From assembly GCA_028289135.1 (NCBI GenBank), contig JAQGGW010000005.1, positions 139,219 through 203,218 of the forward strand: 64,000 bases of DNA, read 5' to 3'. The position numbers and the translations under genes were made by a program. Below are positions 1-8,695 of the stretch, in pieces. Position 1 is the stretch's first letter. Each line of letters opens with the position of its first letter. The notes under the pieces were generated by a model. That model was not told where the DNA came from. It did no database searches and saw nothing but the letters and a program-made list of their open reading frames with translations. The stretch comes from Candidatus Saccharimonadota bacterium (lineage in GTDB: Bacteria > Patescibacteriota > Saccharimonadia > Saccharimonadales > JACDBH01).

Positions 1-133
1 AATAAGCTTACAAATTAGCGGTATTTATGTCTTAAACTATTCTTAATTACGCTATACTAATGACTATCTATTAGATGATAAGATAATCTAGTCTAGTATA
101 CCTTGATTGTTAAACTAAAACCTGAGGAATAAG

Positions 134-1384
134 ATGACTCTTTCAGAAGAACTTGCCTGGCGCGGCTTCGTAAACCAAACTACCTACAAAGATCCAAAAA
201 CACTTGACGGTGACGCTATAAGTTTTTATTGGGGGGTTGACCCCAGTGCTGCAAGTATGCAAGTCGGCAACCTGGCTGCCGCGATGATGGTACGGCATTT
301 TATTGATCATGGCCACAAGGCATTTTTATTGCTTGGCGGAGCAACCGGCATGATTGGCGACCCAGACGGCAAGGCCGAAGAACGCGACCTAAAATCTCTG
401 GACGAAATAGCCAAAAATAAGGCAGGGATTGCTGCCCAGTATAAATCGATTTTTGGCGGCAAAGATTTTACGATTGTAGACAACTACGACTGGTTTAAAG
501 ACATGAATTACCTCACATTTCTTCGTGAAGTGGGCAAGCACGTGCCTCTGCGCCAGATGGTTGGCCGCGATTTTGTCCAGTCGCGAATGGGCGAAGACGG
601 CGCTGGGATTAGCTATGCCGAGTTTAGCTACAGCCTTATCCAGGCCTACGACTTTTTGTACCAGCACGAAACTTATGGTGTCGATTTGCAATTATGCGGA
701 GCCGACCAGTGGGGAAATTGTATTGCAGGAGTTGACCTTATCCGGCGCAAAACTGGCCATGAGGCTCACATCTGGTCATCGCCGCTTATTATTAACAAAG
801 CAACAGGCAAAAAGTTTGGCAAAAGCGAAGATGGAGCCGTTTGGCTAGACCCAGAGCTCACAAGTGTCTACAAATTTTACCAATTCTGGCTCAATGTCGA
901 CGACGAAGGTGTTGAGGATTATATAAAAATTTACACATTGTTGGATAAAGACACTGTTGACGGAGTTATGCATGACTTCCGTGCCCGCCCCGGTGAGCGT
1001 TTGGCTCAAAAAACATTGGCATACGAAGTTACGGCTCTGGTGCACGGCAAAGAACGGGCTGATGCTGTTAAAAAAGTCAGCGAAACATTGTTTGGTGCGG
1101 GCGACTACAAGAATTTGTCGGCTGCAGATTTTGGGCTATTAGAAAACGAATTGCCTATGGTTGAAGCTAAACTTAATGAAACAGGTTTAATAGAGGTGCT
1201 GGTCAGTGCTGGTCTTGCTAGTTCAAACGGTGAAGCCCGCCGTTTTCTAGGCGATAGTGCTGTTTATATCAACGGCGAACAGTTTTCTAGCGACAAAACA
1301 ACCTTTGGCCCAGAAGACGTAATTAACGGATACGCAGTGCTTCGCCGTGGTAAAAACTCCCAAGTTATTGTAAAACTGTCTTAA
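134..1384 (+). CDS. tyrS: tyrosyl-tRNA synthetase
   Basis: 416-aa ORF. KMSKS-type loop (KFGKS), C-terminal S4-like module (SNGEARRFL), SD GAGGAA upstream. Confidence 0.93.
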   Translation: MTLSEELAWRGFVNQTTYKDPKTLDGDAISFYWGVDPSAASMQVGNLAAAMMVRHFIDHGHKAFLLLGGATGMIGDPDGKAEERDLKSLDEIAKNKAGIAAQYKSIFGGKDFTIVDNYDWFKDMNYLTFLREVGKHVPLRQMVGRDFVQSRMGEDGAGISYAEFSYSLIQAYDFLYQHETYGVDLQLCGADQWGNCIAGVDLIRRKTGHEAHIWSSPLIINKATGKKFGKSEDGAVWLDPELTSVYKFYQFWLNVDDEGVEDYIKIYTLLDKDTVDGVMHDFRARPGERLAQKTLAYEVTALVHGKERADAVKKVSETLFGAGDYKNLSAADFGLLENELPMVEAKLNETGLIEVLVSAGLASSNGEARRFLGDSAVYINGEQFSSDKTTFGPEDVINGYAVLRRGKNSQVIVKLS

Positions 1385-1428
1385 AAGTGCTATAGTTCTT
1401 TAGGATTTTTTATTGAGGAGATTTTGAG

Positions 1429-1695
1429 TTGTCTGAATTTAATGTGTCAAGATCTGATCGTGTGGAGCAAACACAATCCCTATCAGCGGGAAAGGTGGCT
1501 TGCATGAGTGCCGCTACGCAACACGGAAAAATTCCAGTTGGCTATGAGCCCGATGGATTTTGCTCATGGGAGACACCACTTAGTTCAGTTGATCTTACTG
1601 TTCCTCCGATAACACGTGATGGTGATAAGTACTATCATCATGCGGGCTCTCCTACGTTAAGCTTGGCTAACGATACTCCTCAACCTTTGAATTAG
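1429..1695 (+). CDS. hypothetical small protein (88 aa, ORFan)
   Basis: TTG start 8 nt after SD GAGGAG. No recognisable motif. Sits between tyrS and murT. Confidence 0.45.
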   Translation: MSEFNVSRSDRVEQTQSLSAGKVACMSAATQHGKIPVGYEPDGFCSWETPLSSVDLTVPPITRDGDKYYHHAGSPTLSLANDTPQPLN

Positions 1696-1719
1696 TTTTC
1701 TAGTATACTAAGTGCATTA

Positions 1720-3012
1720 ATGCGCTTTATTTCTTTATTAATTGGTAAAACTATTTTACGTGGGCTCAGGCTTCTCGGGCGAAGCGGTTCGGCGCTTCCT
1801 GGACTTGTTGTTGAGAAAATAAACCCCGGCTTTTTAAAAAAAATGCTTACTGATTTGCCGCAGGGCGTTGTGGTTGTAACTGGGACCAACGGCAAGACCA
1901 CGACCACCAAGGTTATTACGGAGCTTTTGGAAGTACAAGGGTTAAGGGTTCTTACTAATAAAACCGGCAGTAACTTTGTACGCGGTACCGTTACGACAGT
2001 AATTGATAAAGCAAAAATGAACGGTGCGCTGCCGTATGATATTGCCGTTTTTGAGCAGGACGAGGCTCATGCCGTGCATTTTGTGCACCAAATCAAACCC
2101 CGCGGGGTTTTGGCGCTAAACATTATGCGCGACCAAATGGACCGATTTGGCGAAATTGACACCACCGCCAAACTTATTGAAAAGGTCGTTGGCAGCGCAA
2201 CGTCCTGGGTGGTTTTAAACGCCAACGACGAACGGGTCGCAAAAATGCAGGTCCCAGAAGGCATAAAAACTTATTGGTATGGCCATTCAAAAGAGCTGCA
2301 GCATAGTTTTTTGACAGACGATGAGCTGCACCACCAGGATAAAACGGCATATACGCAGGCGGGTGAGATGACGACAGAGCTTACATCATATGATTCCCAA
2401 CAAGTAACATTTAAGATTGATGGGCAGGAAAAAGTTTTTAAAACCGCGCTAAGCGGCAGCCATAACGCCATTAACCTAAGCGCCGCTTTAACGGTACTAA
2501 GCGCCATAGTACCAACTGCAGACATGGCAAAAACTACCGAAGCAGTTGCCAAGCTGCAGCCTGCTTTTGGCCGCGGCGAAACTATCAAATTAAAAACAGG
2601 CGAAACTATAACGCTACAGCTTGTTAAAAATCCTGGCGGTTTTACGCACGCTCTGCGGATGCTCGAGCTGCGTTCTTATGACACAATTGGGATGGCAGTA
2701 AATGACGATTATGCCGACGGTCGCGACGTTTCGTGGCTGTGGGACGTGGATTTTGCTGTTCTTGAAGATACTGACAAGACAGTAGTATGCGGAGGCACGC
2801 GCGCCTATGATATGGCTGTGCGGCTTAAATATGACGGCGTAAAAACAACTGCCAACGAAAGAGAACTTGCGGCATTTGTAAAAACAATAAACCGCTCAGC
2901 CGCTGATTCAAGTACAAAGACGGCTATTATATTTTGTACCTACACTGCGATGCTTAAGATTCGGTCGGATTATAAAAACTACAGCGATGAAGTTTATGGA
3001 GTCACCGTATGA
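1720..3012 (+). CDS. murT: lipid II isoglutaminyl synthase, Mur-ligase-like subunit MurT
   Basis: 430 aa. Mur-ligase P-loop GTNGKTTTT, C-terminal DVSWLWDVDF motif, 4-nt overlap with the next gene. Confidence 0.85.
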   Translation: MRFISLLIGKTILRGLRLLGRSGSALPGLVVEKINPGFLKKMLTDLPQGVVVVTGTNGKTTTTKVITELLEVQGLRVLTNKTGSNFVRGTVTTVIDKAKMNGALPYDIAVFEQDEAHAVHFVHQIKPRGVLALNIMRDQMDRFGEIDTTAKLIEKVVGSATSWVVLNANDERVAKMQVPEGIKTYWYGHSKELQHSFLTDDELHHQDKTAYTQAGEMTTELTSYDSQQVTFKIDGQEKVFKTALSGSHNAINLSAALTVLSAIVPTADMAKTTEAVAKLQPAFGRGETIKLKTGETITLQLVKNPGGFTHALRMLELRSYDTIGMAVNDDYADGRDVSWLWDVDFAVLEDTDKTVVCGGTRAYDMAVRLKYDGVKTTANERELAAFVKTINRSAADSSTKTAIIFCTYTAMLKIRSDYKNYSDEVYGVTV

Positions 3013-3731
3013 GCAAGCAAAATTTACACATAGTGCATTTGTACCCCAAAGAAATGAATATATATGGTGATACTGGCAATACGTTGATTTTGCGACGGCG
3101 AGCTGAATGGCGCGATATTGATGTCCGGGTTAGTTTGGTAGGGATTGGCGACGAGGTTCCGCACGACGCCGACATAATCTTGGGAGGTGGCGGCCAGGAT
3201 GCTGGTCAGGATAAAGTACAGGCCGATTTGCAGGAAAAAGCTGATGCTTTGCATAAACTTGCATTTGATGGCACGGTGATGCTGATGATTTGCGGCATGT
3301 ACCAGCTGTTTGGCAGGGCTTTTAAGACTGGCAGCGGCAACGTCATAAAAGGGATTAGTATTTTGCCGCTAGAAACCACCGCGGGGCTGGAGCGCTTTAT
3401 TGGCAACACGGTGTACCAAACCGAATTTGGCGAAACTGTCGCATACGAAAACCATAGCGGCGTCACGTCGCTGGACGACAAGTCGCTTGCTCTTGGCAGG
3501 GTTGTCCAAGGGGCGGGCAACAATGGCCTCGATAAAACCGAAGGCTGCAGGATAAAAAACGTCTTTGGAACTTATTCTCACGGGCCGCTACTCAGCAAAA
3601 ATCCAGTGTTGGCAGACTTGTTACTTGAAATTGCCCTGAAGCGTAAATACGGTGAATCCGCAATGCTTGCGCTGTTGGACGACAGTTTGGAGCAAGAAGC
3701 CTACAAATTTGCCAAACAGCGCCCGCGATAG
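3009..3731 (+). CDS. gatD: lipid II isoglutaminyl synthase, glutamine amidotransferase subunit GatD
   Basis: 240 aa CobQ-type GATase. ICGMYQLFG (Cys nucleophile) and GTYSHGP. ATGA overlap with murT. Confidence 0.85.
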   Translation: MSKQNLHIVHLYPKEMNIYGDTGNTLILRRRAEWRDIDVRVSLVGIGDEVPHDADIILGGGGQDAGQDKVQADLQEKADALHKLAFDGTVMLMICGMYQLFGRAFKTGSGNVIKGISILPLETTAGLERFIGNTVYQTEFGETVAYENHSGVTSLDDKSLALGRVVQGAGNNGLDKTEGCRIKNVFGTYSHGPLLSKNPVLADLLLEIALKRKYGESAMLALLDDSLEQEAYKFAKQRPR

Positions 3732-3753
3732 TCATATATACTGTTTAGTACTA

Positions 3754-3918
3754 TGAACCCATTTCATATCTTATCCCTGTTCTGCGGTCAAAACTGGCGG
3801 AAAGCTAATAACTTTTTGCTTCGCACCATATCTAAAGATATGCCTTGTTGCAAGAAAGTCATTATCTTCCTAGCCAGTTTTACCCTCGAACTTCAGAGAA
3901 AGGTATGAAATGGGTTCA
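3754..3918. repeat. 165-nt whole-spacer imperfect palindrome (copy 1)
   Basis: Perfect 15-bp terminal inverted repeat TGAACCCATTTCATA (3754-3768) / TATGAAATGGGTTCA (3904-3918). Inner arms AAAACTGGC (3790-3798) / GCCAGTTTT (3873-3881). Apex CATATCT..AGATATG (3827-3842) lies at the geometric centre. The 3' arm covers the recG ATG. Confidence 0.8.
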
Positions 3919-5955
3919 ATGGAACTAACAGGGGGTCTGACTGGTTTAAAAGGCGTGGGGCCAAGCGTTGCGGCGCTTTTTAAGGGCATTGGCATTTCGA
4001 CAATTGCCGAGCTGCTGGATTACTTTCCGCGTACGTATAATGACTATTCCGAAATCCAGACGATTTCGAAGATCAAACCCGGGATGGTTACCGTTGAGGT
4101 CGAGATTAAACAGTCCACAGGGCGCTATGTCCGCCGCGGCATGCATATCACCGAAGCAGTTGCTTCGGACGCTACAGGCAGCGTGCGTTTGCTGTGGTTT
4201 AACCAGCCCTATAGAGCCGCAAGCATTAAAACAGGCCAAAAATACTTTGTTACCGGCAAGCTGGAGCTTAAGGCCCAGCGCTTTAGTATTACAAACCCAA
4301 GTATGGAACAATCAAGCGATTTTCCGCTTCACACGGCACGCATTGTTCCGGTTTATCGTGAAAGCAAGGGCATAACTTCAACACTTCTGCGGCGGGTTTT
4401 ATACCAAGTGATCAAGTCCGCTTATCTATTGCCCGAACCTTTGCCAGAAGAAATCCGACGTAAATATAAATTGTTAACTTACGGCGCTGCAATTAGCGAA
4501 CTGCATTTTCCAACTTCGCGCGAAAGCTTTGCGGCTGCACGGCGGACGATTGGTTTTATAGAAGTTTTTGAGCTGATGCTGGCGGCATCATTAAACAAAG
4601 CCCAGAACCAAAGCGAACCGGCTCCATCAATCCCTTTTAAAGAAAAACTGGCCCAGAAGTTTGTAAAGTCTTTGCCGTTTACCTTAACCAACGCCCAAAG
4701 AGTTGCCGCATGGCAGATTTACCAAGATATTGTCTTCCCGGTACCTATGAACAGGCTTTTGGAAGGCGATGTTGGCTCCGGCAAAACCGTGGTGGCGGGG
4801 ATGGCCGGTCTAATGGCTATGGAGGCCGGATACCAAGTTGCATTAATGGCGCCGACTGAACTTTTGGCGCGGCAGCATGCCGAAACTTTAACCGATTTGT
4901 TTAAGGCGACTGGGCATGATGAGGTCGTGAGCCTACTTGTCGGAAGTTTAAAACCGGCCCAAAAGAAGATAGCCCAGGAACGCATTGCTAGCGGGCATAT
5001 CAAGTTTATTGTTGGAACGCAGGCTTTGCTGCAAGAAAAAGTTGTCATGCAAAACTTGGGGCTGTTGATTGTGGACGAACAGCACCGTTTTGGCGTTGAC
5101 CAGCGTAAAAAGTTGCTAAAAAGTTCGGGGTATATGCCGCATGTGCTCAGCATGACGGCCACCCCAATTCCGCGCTCTTTAGCATTGACGCTGTACGGTG
5201 AGCTGGATATTTCGCTTTTGGATGTTATGCCTATGGGCCGCAAGCCGATTATTACCGAAATTGTATCGCCGAACAGCCGAGAACCGCTTTATAAAAAAAT
5301 CGACGACGAAATTACGCAGGGACGTCAGGTTTACATAGTCTGCCCAGTCATTAAGGAAGGTTCTGGCCTAAAAGCGCCAAGCGCCGAGCAAACATATGAA
5401 AAATTGCGTAAAACCACCTTTAAACATCGCCAGCTGAGGCTTTTGCATGGCAAAATGAAAGACGATGAAAAATCCGCTGTTATGGAAGAGTTCGCAGCCG
5501 GGAAAATAGACATCTTGGTGGCAACAACCGTAATTGAAGTTGGTATCAGCGTCGCTAATGCCAGCGTGATGGTCATAGAGGGCGCTGACAGGTTCGGTCT
5601 TGCCCAAATGCACCAGCTCCGCGGCCGTGTGGGACGGAGTACCGATCAGGGCTACTGTTTTATTGTGCCAAGTGATAGCAAAGCCCCCAGCCCTAGGTTG
5701 CGGGCACTGAGCCAGTCTACAGATGGATTTAAGTTGGCAGAACTTGATCTAGAGCTACGCGGACCAGGAGCTATTTATGGCACGCTGCAGCACGGTGAGC
5801 TTGACCTGCGGATAGCCAAGCTCAGCGATGCCAAACTGCTGGCCGAAAGCCGCAAAGCGGTAAATGACTTTATTAAGGCAAAAATTAAATTGAGCGATTA
5901 CCCCGAACTAAAACGTCGTGTGCGTGCCGCCCAAGCCGTCGTTACCCTGAATTAG
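3910..5955 (+). CDS. recG: ATP-dependent DNA helicase RecG
   Basis: 681 aa. Walker A GDVGSGKT, DEQHRFG, TATPIPR, QLRGRVGR. SD GAAAGG 6 nt upstream. Confidence 0.93.
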   Translation: MGSMELTGGLTGLKGVGPSVAALFKGIGISTIAELLDYFPRTYNDYSEIQTISKIKPGMVTVEVEIKQSTGRYVRRGMHITEAVASDATGSVRLLWFNQPYRAASIKTGQKYFVTGKLELKAQRFSITNPSMEQSSDFPLHTARIVPVYRESKGITSTLLRRVLYQVIKSAYLLPEPLPEEIRRKYKLLTYGAAISELHFPTSRESFAAARRTIGFIEVFELMLAASLNKAQNQSEPAPSIPFKEKLAQKFVKSLPFTLTNAQRVAAWQIYQDIVFPVPMNRLLEGDVGSGKTVVAGMAGLMAMEAGYQVALMAPTELLARQHAETLTDLFKATGHDEVVSLLVGSLKPAQKKIAQERIASGHIKFIVGTQALLQEKVVMQNLGLLIVDEQHRFGVDQRKKLLKSSGYMPHVLSMTATPIPRSLALTLYGELDISLLDVMPMGRKPIITEIVSPNSREPLYKKIDDEITQGRQVYIVCPVIKEGSGLKAPSAEQTYEKLRKTTFKHRQLRLLHGKMKDDEKSAVMEEFAAGKIDILVATTVIEVGISVANASVMVIEGADRFGLAQMHQLRGRVGRSTDQGYCFIVPSDSKAPSPRLRALSQSTDGFKLAELDLELRGPGAIYGTLQHGELDLRIAKLSDAKLLAESRKAVNDFIKAKIKLSDYPELKRRVRAAQAVVTLN

Positions 5956-5978
5956 TTTGTTAGGGGTAAAGAAGACGA

Positions 5979-6143
5979 ACACATTCCACACTTGAGCTAG
6001 TTTCGGTACGGCTGCGCGGAACGCAAGTTAGCTGTACGGGATGGTACTGCTAACGCGTACCGCAAGCGGCCAAGCCGAAAATAGCCAAGAGTTCAGCCAC
6101 GGCTCGGCTTTGCCGAGACCTGGATGAACGGTGTGGGATGTGT
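5979..6143. repeat. 165-nt whole-spacer imperfect palindrome (copy 2, with 3' side branch)
   Basis: 13-bp terminal helix ACACATTCCACAC (5979-5991) / GTGTGGGATGTGT (6131-6143), one G-U. Inner helix CTTGAGCTAGTTTCGG / CCGAAAATAGCCAAG. Apex GTAC-GGGATG-GTAC (6034-6047). Side hairpin CTCGG-CTTTG-CCGAG. Core CCGAAAATAGCCA at 6075-6087. Confidence 0.75.
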
Positions 6144-6157
6144 GTATACTAGGTGTA

Positions 6158-6973
6158 ATGTATTCTGGACTAACCCTAACTCGTTACTCTGGGCGGCTAT
6201 TTGGCGGCCATCAACATGTTGACCGTGTGGCACGCAGGCATTTGGCCGAGCTTATGCACCCAAAATCGGCCTTTCCAGGGATCCGTTCAATTTTGCATTT
6301 TGAAGGCAAAAACGGTCCGGACGGCATAAAGCGCAAAAGCCCCTCCCGCAATGAGCCGTGGCATTTTTTTGAACCGCTAAAAGGCGATACGACGGCATTT
6401 ATGAAACTCATAGAGCAACATTACAAGCAACTCGTTAAAGAGCTTAAGGCAAAGAACAAAGAACGGTCGGCATTTGAAGCCGCTTGGTTTGCACATACCA
6501 TTGTTGACGGCTTAACTCCGGCGCACCATTATCCGTACGAAGAAAAAATGGCTGAGCTTCGGGGAGGAGCCGCGAAAGATGACCGTACGACCGTTATGCA
6601 AAAGTGGATTTTTAAAGGAGATACCAAATCAAAAACACTGCAAAATGTGTTTAAAACCTGGGGTCCGCGCGGGCTGTATATTGCCCACGGTATGTTTGAG
6701 CTGGGGTTTGGCTTTATTATTAAACCTCTTCGCTTTCCAGATGCGCGCCCACGCCCAAGCGACATACTTTTGGCTAAAAAATTAGGTTATCACGAATATT
6801 ATTTGCGCCAGGCGCGTAAAGTTGCCCGCATGCAACTGTTTGATGCTTACATTAAAGATGGCTGGACGAGCAAGATCAGCCGTCAGGTACGCGAAGAGCT
6901 AGCGCCGACTATCGTAAAGACAATCACAATAATGTGGTACATAGCTGCCGAAGAAGCGGGAGTAGATAAGTGA
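6158..6973 (+). CDS. hypothetical protein (His-rich motif HTIVDGLTPAHH)
   Basis: ORF is open from GTG 6131. ATG 6158 lies 7 nt after TATACT (6145-6150), so the start is uncertain. No confident family call. Confidence 0.6.
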   Translation: MYSGLTLTRYSGRLFGGHQHVDRVARRHLAELMHPKSAFPGIRSILHFEGKNGPDGIKRKSPSRNEPWHFFEPLKGDTTAFMKLIEQHYKQLVKELKAKNKERSAFEAAWFAHTIVDGLTPAHHYPYEEKMAELRGGAAKDDRTTVMQKWIFKGDTKSKTLQNVFKTWGPRGLYIAHGMFELGFGFIIKPLRFPDARPRPSDILLAKKLGYHEYYLRQARKVARMQLFDAYIKDGWTSKISRQVREELAPTIVKTITIMWYIAAEEAGVDK

Positions 6974-7500
6974 GAATCATTGCTGGGTACTTAGGCGGTA
7001 GGATTTTTGATTCGCCAGAAACGGGCAATACACATCCGATGGGCGAAAAACCCCGGGGAGCGATCTTTAATGCCTTGGGCGATATTGAGGGCCTGACTGT
7101 TTTGGACGCCTATGCCGGCAGCGGAGCGCTAGGGTTTGAGGCAATTAGCCGCGGTGCAAAGTCGGTGGTGGCTGTGGAGCTGGATAAACAGGCCTATAAA
7201 ACAATTGTTGATAATATTTTTAAACTTGGTCTTGAGGATAAAGTCCATGCGGTGATCTCGACAATGCGCGCTTGGTCCAACAAAAACCAAAACCTAATGG
7301 TCGACATAGCCATCTGTGACCCGCCGTACGACGCAGTGCTGGCGCTTGAGATTGAGCGCCTCGTTAAGCATGTTAAGAAAAACGGCTTGCTGGTGCTTTC
7401 GTGGCCATCCAAGCTGGAAGCGCCGCCAATGCCAGGCTGCGAAATCTTAAATGAAAAAGAATACGCCGGTGCCAGGATTGTTTTTTATAGGAAGTCATAA
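6970..7500 (+). CDS. rsmD: 16S rRNA (guanine966-N2)-methyltransferase RsmD-like
   Basis: 176 aa. SAM-binding DAYAGSGALGFEAISRGA and catalytic DPPY. 4-nt overlap with the upstream ORF. Confidence 0.85.
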   Translation: MRIIAGYLGGRIFDSPETGNTHPMGEKPRGAIFNALGDIEGLTVLDAYAGSGALGFEAISRGAKSVVAVELDKQAYKTIVDNIFKLGLEDKVHAVISTMRAWSNKNQNLMVDIAICDPPYDAVLALEIERLVKHVKKNGLLVLSWPSKLEAPPMPGCEILNEKEYAGARIVFYRKS

Positions 7501-7503
7501 CAC

Positions 7504-8259
7504 ATGCAATTTCTTTTAATTATTCCATTTGTGTTTTTGATAGAATTTTTGAGGTCAGCTATTGTGATAGCAAAGTTACAGCACGACTTTTATAAGTCCT
7601 ACAAACCGCAGCAAGATTTATATACACTCGGCAAAGGCAAAGAATTCCATATTGTGCTGCTTGGAGACTCAGGAATCGATGGACACGCGAATAATAAGTT
7701 GAAGTTTGGCCCTGCCCAGACAACAATCGAGCAGCTGGCGCGGACGCATAAAGTTATTGTGCATATTTTTGCGAAAGAAAGTTCACGGAGTTACGACGTT
7801 ATTAACAAGCAGCTGCCAAAGGTAAAATTACTTAAAGATGTCGATATGATTTTTGTCTATATGGGCGCGAATAATGTTATCCGGCTTAGAAGCGCAAAAC
7901 GGGTTTATAAAGATTTTGTGACACTTGTTGATTATGCTGAGCAGCGCAAAGTTGCTTTGGTCGCTACGGCAGTTGCCGATTATCATCACTTAACTATGTT
8001 TTCGTGGCTGCAGCGCATTGTAATCTGGAGGCTCATCCGGAATTGCAATAGCAACCTGCAGAAACTAGCGGCTGAACGTAAAAATTTCGTGCTTGCAGAT
8101 ATGAGCTGGCTAACTAAAAAGTATGTTAGTTCTGACTGGATGGCTGACAGATTGCACCCAAACGATCCAATGATTAGGCTTTGGGCAGACAAAGCGTTCG
8201 AAGCGGTTAAGCAAAGCCCAGAGACAAAAGGCCTTTTCACTGATATAATAGCCAAGTAA
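7504..8259 (+). CDS. SGNH/GDSL-family hydrolase, N-terminal membrane anchor
   Basis: 251 aa. Blocks LLGDSG, GANN and DRLHPN. Hydrophobic N-terminus. Confidence 0.75.
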   Translation: MQFLLIIPFVFLIEFLRSAIVIAKLQHDFYKSYKPQQDLYTLGKGKEFHIVLLGDSGIDGHANNKLKFGPAQTTIEQLARTHKVIVHIFAKESSRSYDVINKQLPKVKLLKDVDMIFVYMGANNVIRLRSAKRVYKDFVTLVDYAEQRKVALVATAVADYHHLTMFSWLQRIVIWRLIRNCNSNLQKLAAERKNFVLADMSWLTKKYVSSDWMADRLHPNDPMIRLWADKAFEAVKQSPETKGLFTDIIAK

Positions 8260-8265
8260 TTTTAC

Positions 8266-8349
8266 GCGCGAGTGGTGAAATGGTAGACACGCTAGCCTTA
8301 GGAGCTAGTGCCGCAAGGTGTGCTGGTTCAAGTCCAGTCTCGCGCACCA
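8266..8349 (+). tRNA. tRNA-Leu (anticodon UAG), class II, CCA encoded
   Basis: Hand-folded cloverleaf. Acceptor GCGCGAG/CTCGCGC, anticodon stem CTAGC/GCTAG with loop CTTAGGA, 13-nt variable arm, T-arm GCTGG-TTCAAGT-CCAGT, 3' ACCA. Confidence 0.9.
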
Positions 8350-8364
8350 TCTTTGATTTTAAAT

Positions 8365-8628
8365 ATGTCAGAAATACACATAAGTCCACAGTGGTGCAGC
8401 AAGGACTTTACTCCAGGCGGAAGATCTACGTGGGCTACAGAAGTCAGCGCTTCTTTAGCATGCGCAAACTGCCGCACGGAGGGGCTTGGTGTCTTCATGT
8501 GGCCACCGATGGATAGCGAATTAATTGTAGGTACTGCACGTGAGGCTATTAAAGGAGCTACGGGGCTTGCCTTATCAGCTGCCCAAGTAGCTTGTCCTGC
8601 AGATTGCACAATCATTTGTAAACAATAA
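8365..8628 (+). CDS. candidate Cys-rich small protein (87 aa); could instead be non-coding
   Basis: ATG 8365 to TAA 8628 (MSEIHISPQWCSKDF...ACPADCTIICKQ), six Cys. No SD. Three overlapping ORFs on both strands are open here, so coding status is unclear. Confidence 0.3.
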   Translation: MSEIHISPQWCSKDFTPGGRSTWATEVSASLACANCRTEGLGVFMWPPMDSELIVGTAREAIKGATGLALSAAQVACPADCTIICKQ

Positions 8629-8695
8629 AAAGGTTGTGCTTAAACAGATCAAAACGCTATACTAAGACTAGAACAAAAAGTATAGGAATTTGTCG

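Noticed and set aside
1-133. T-box riboswitches upstream of tyrS, hisS and trpS
   Set aside because: The leaders are too short (roughly 20-110 nt), and none has a T-box consensus or specifier-loop architecture. hisS and trpS instead lie downstream of leader-ORF attenuators.
3752-3810. Mini-ORFs inside the palindromic spacers (for example MNPFHILSLFCGQNWRKAN at 3753..3809, and MKWVQWN at the recG start)
   Set aside because: They arise because the palindrome arms contain ATGAA/TTCAT. There is no SD, and RNA or DNA structure explains the sequence better.
8280-8628. ORFs 8280..8516 and 8308..8628 as annotated by the ORF track
   Set aside because: Their starts lie inside tRNA-Leu (8266-8349). 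Only the internal ATG at 8365 is kept, as a low-confidence candidate.
8350-8690. RNase P RNA, tmRNA or SRP RNA downstream of tRNA-Leu
   Set aside because: AAGUCC-like and ACAGAAG-like strings are only ~50 nt apart and pair locally. There is no GGUAAGGGUGAAA-type block, no tRNA-like 3' end with CCA, no tag-peptide reading frame ending in ALAA, and no GGAA-tetraloop/AGCA helix-8 motif.
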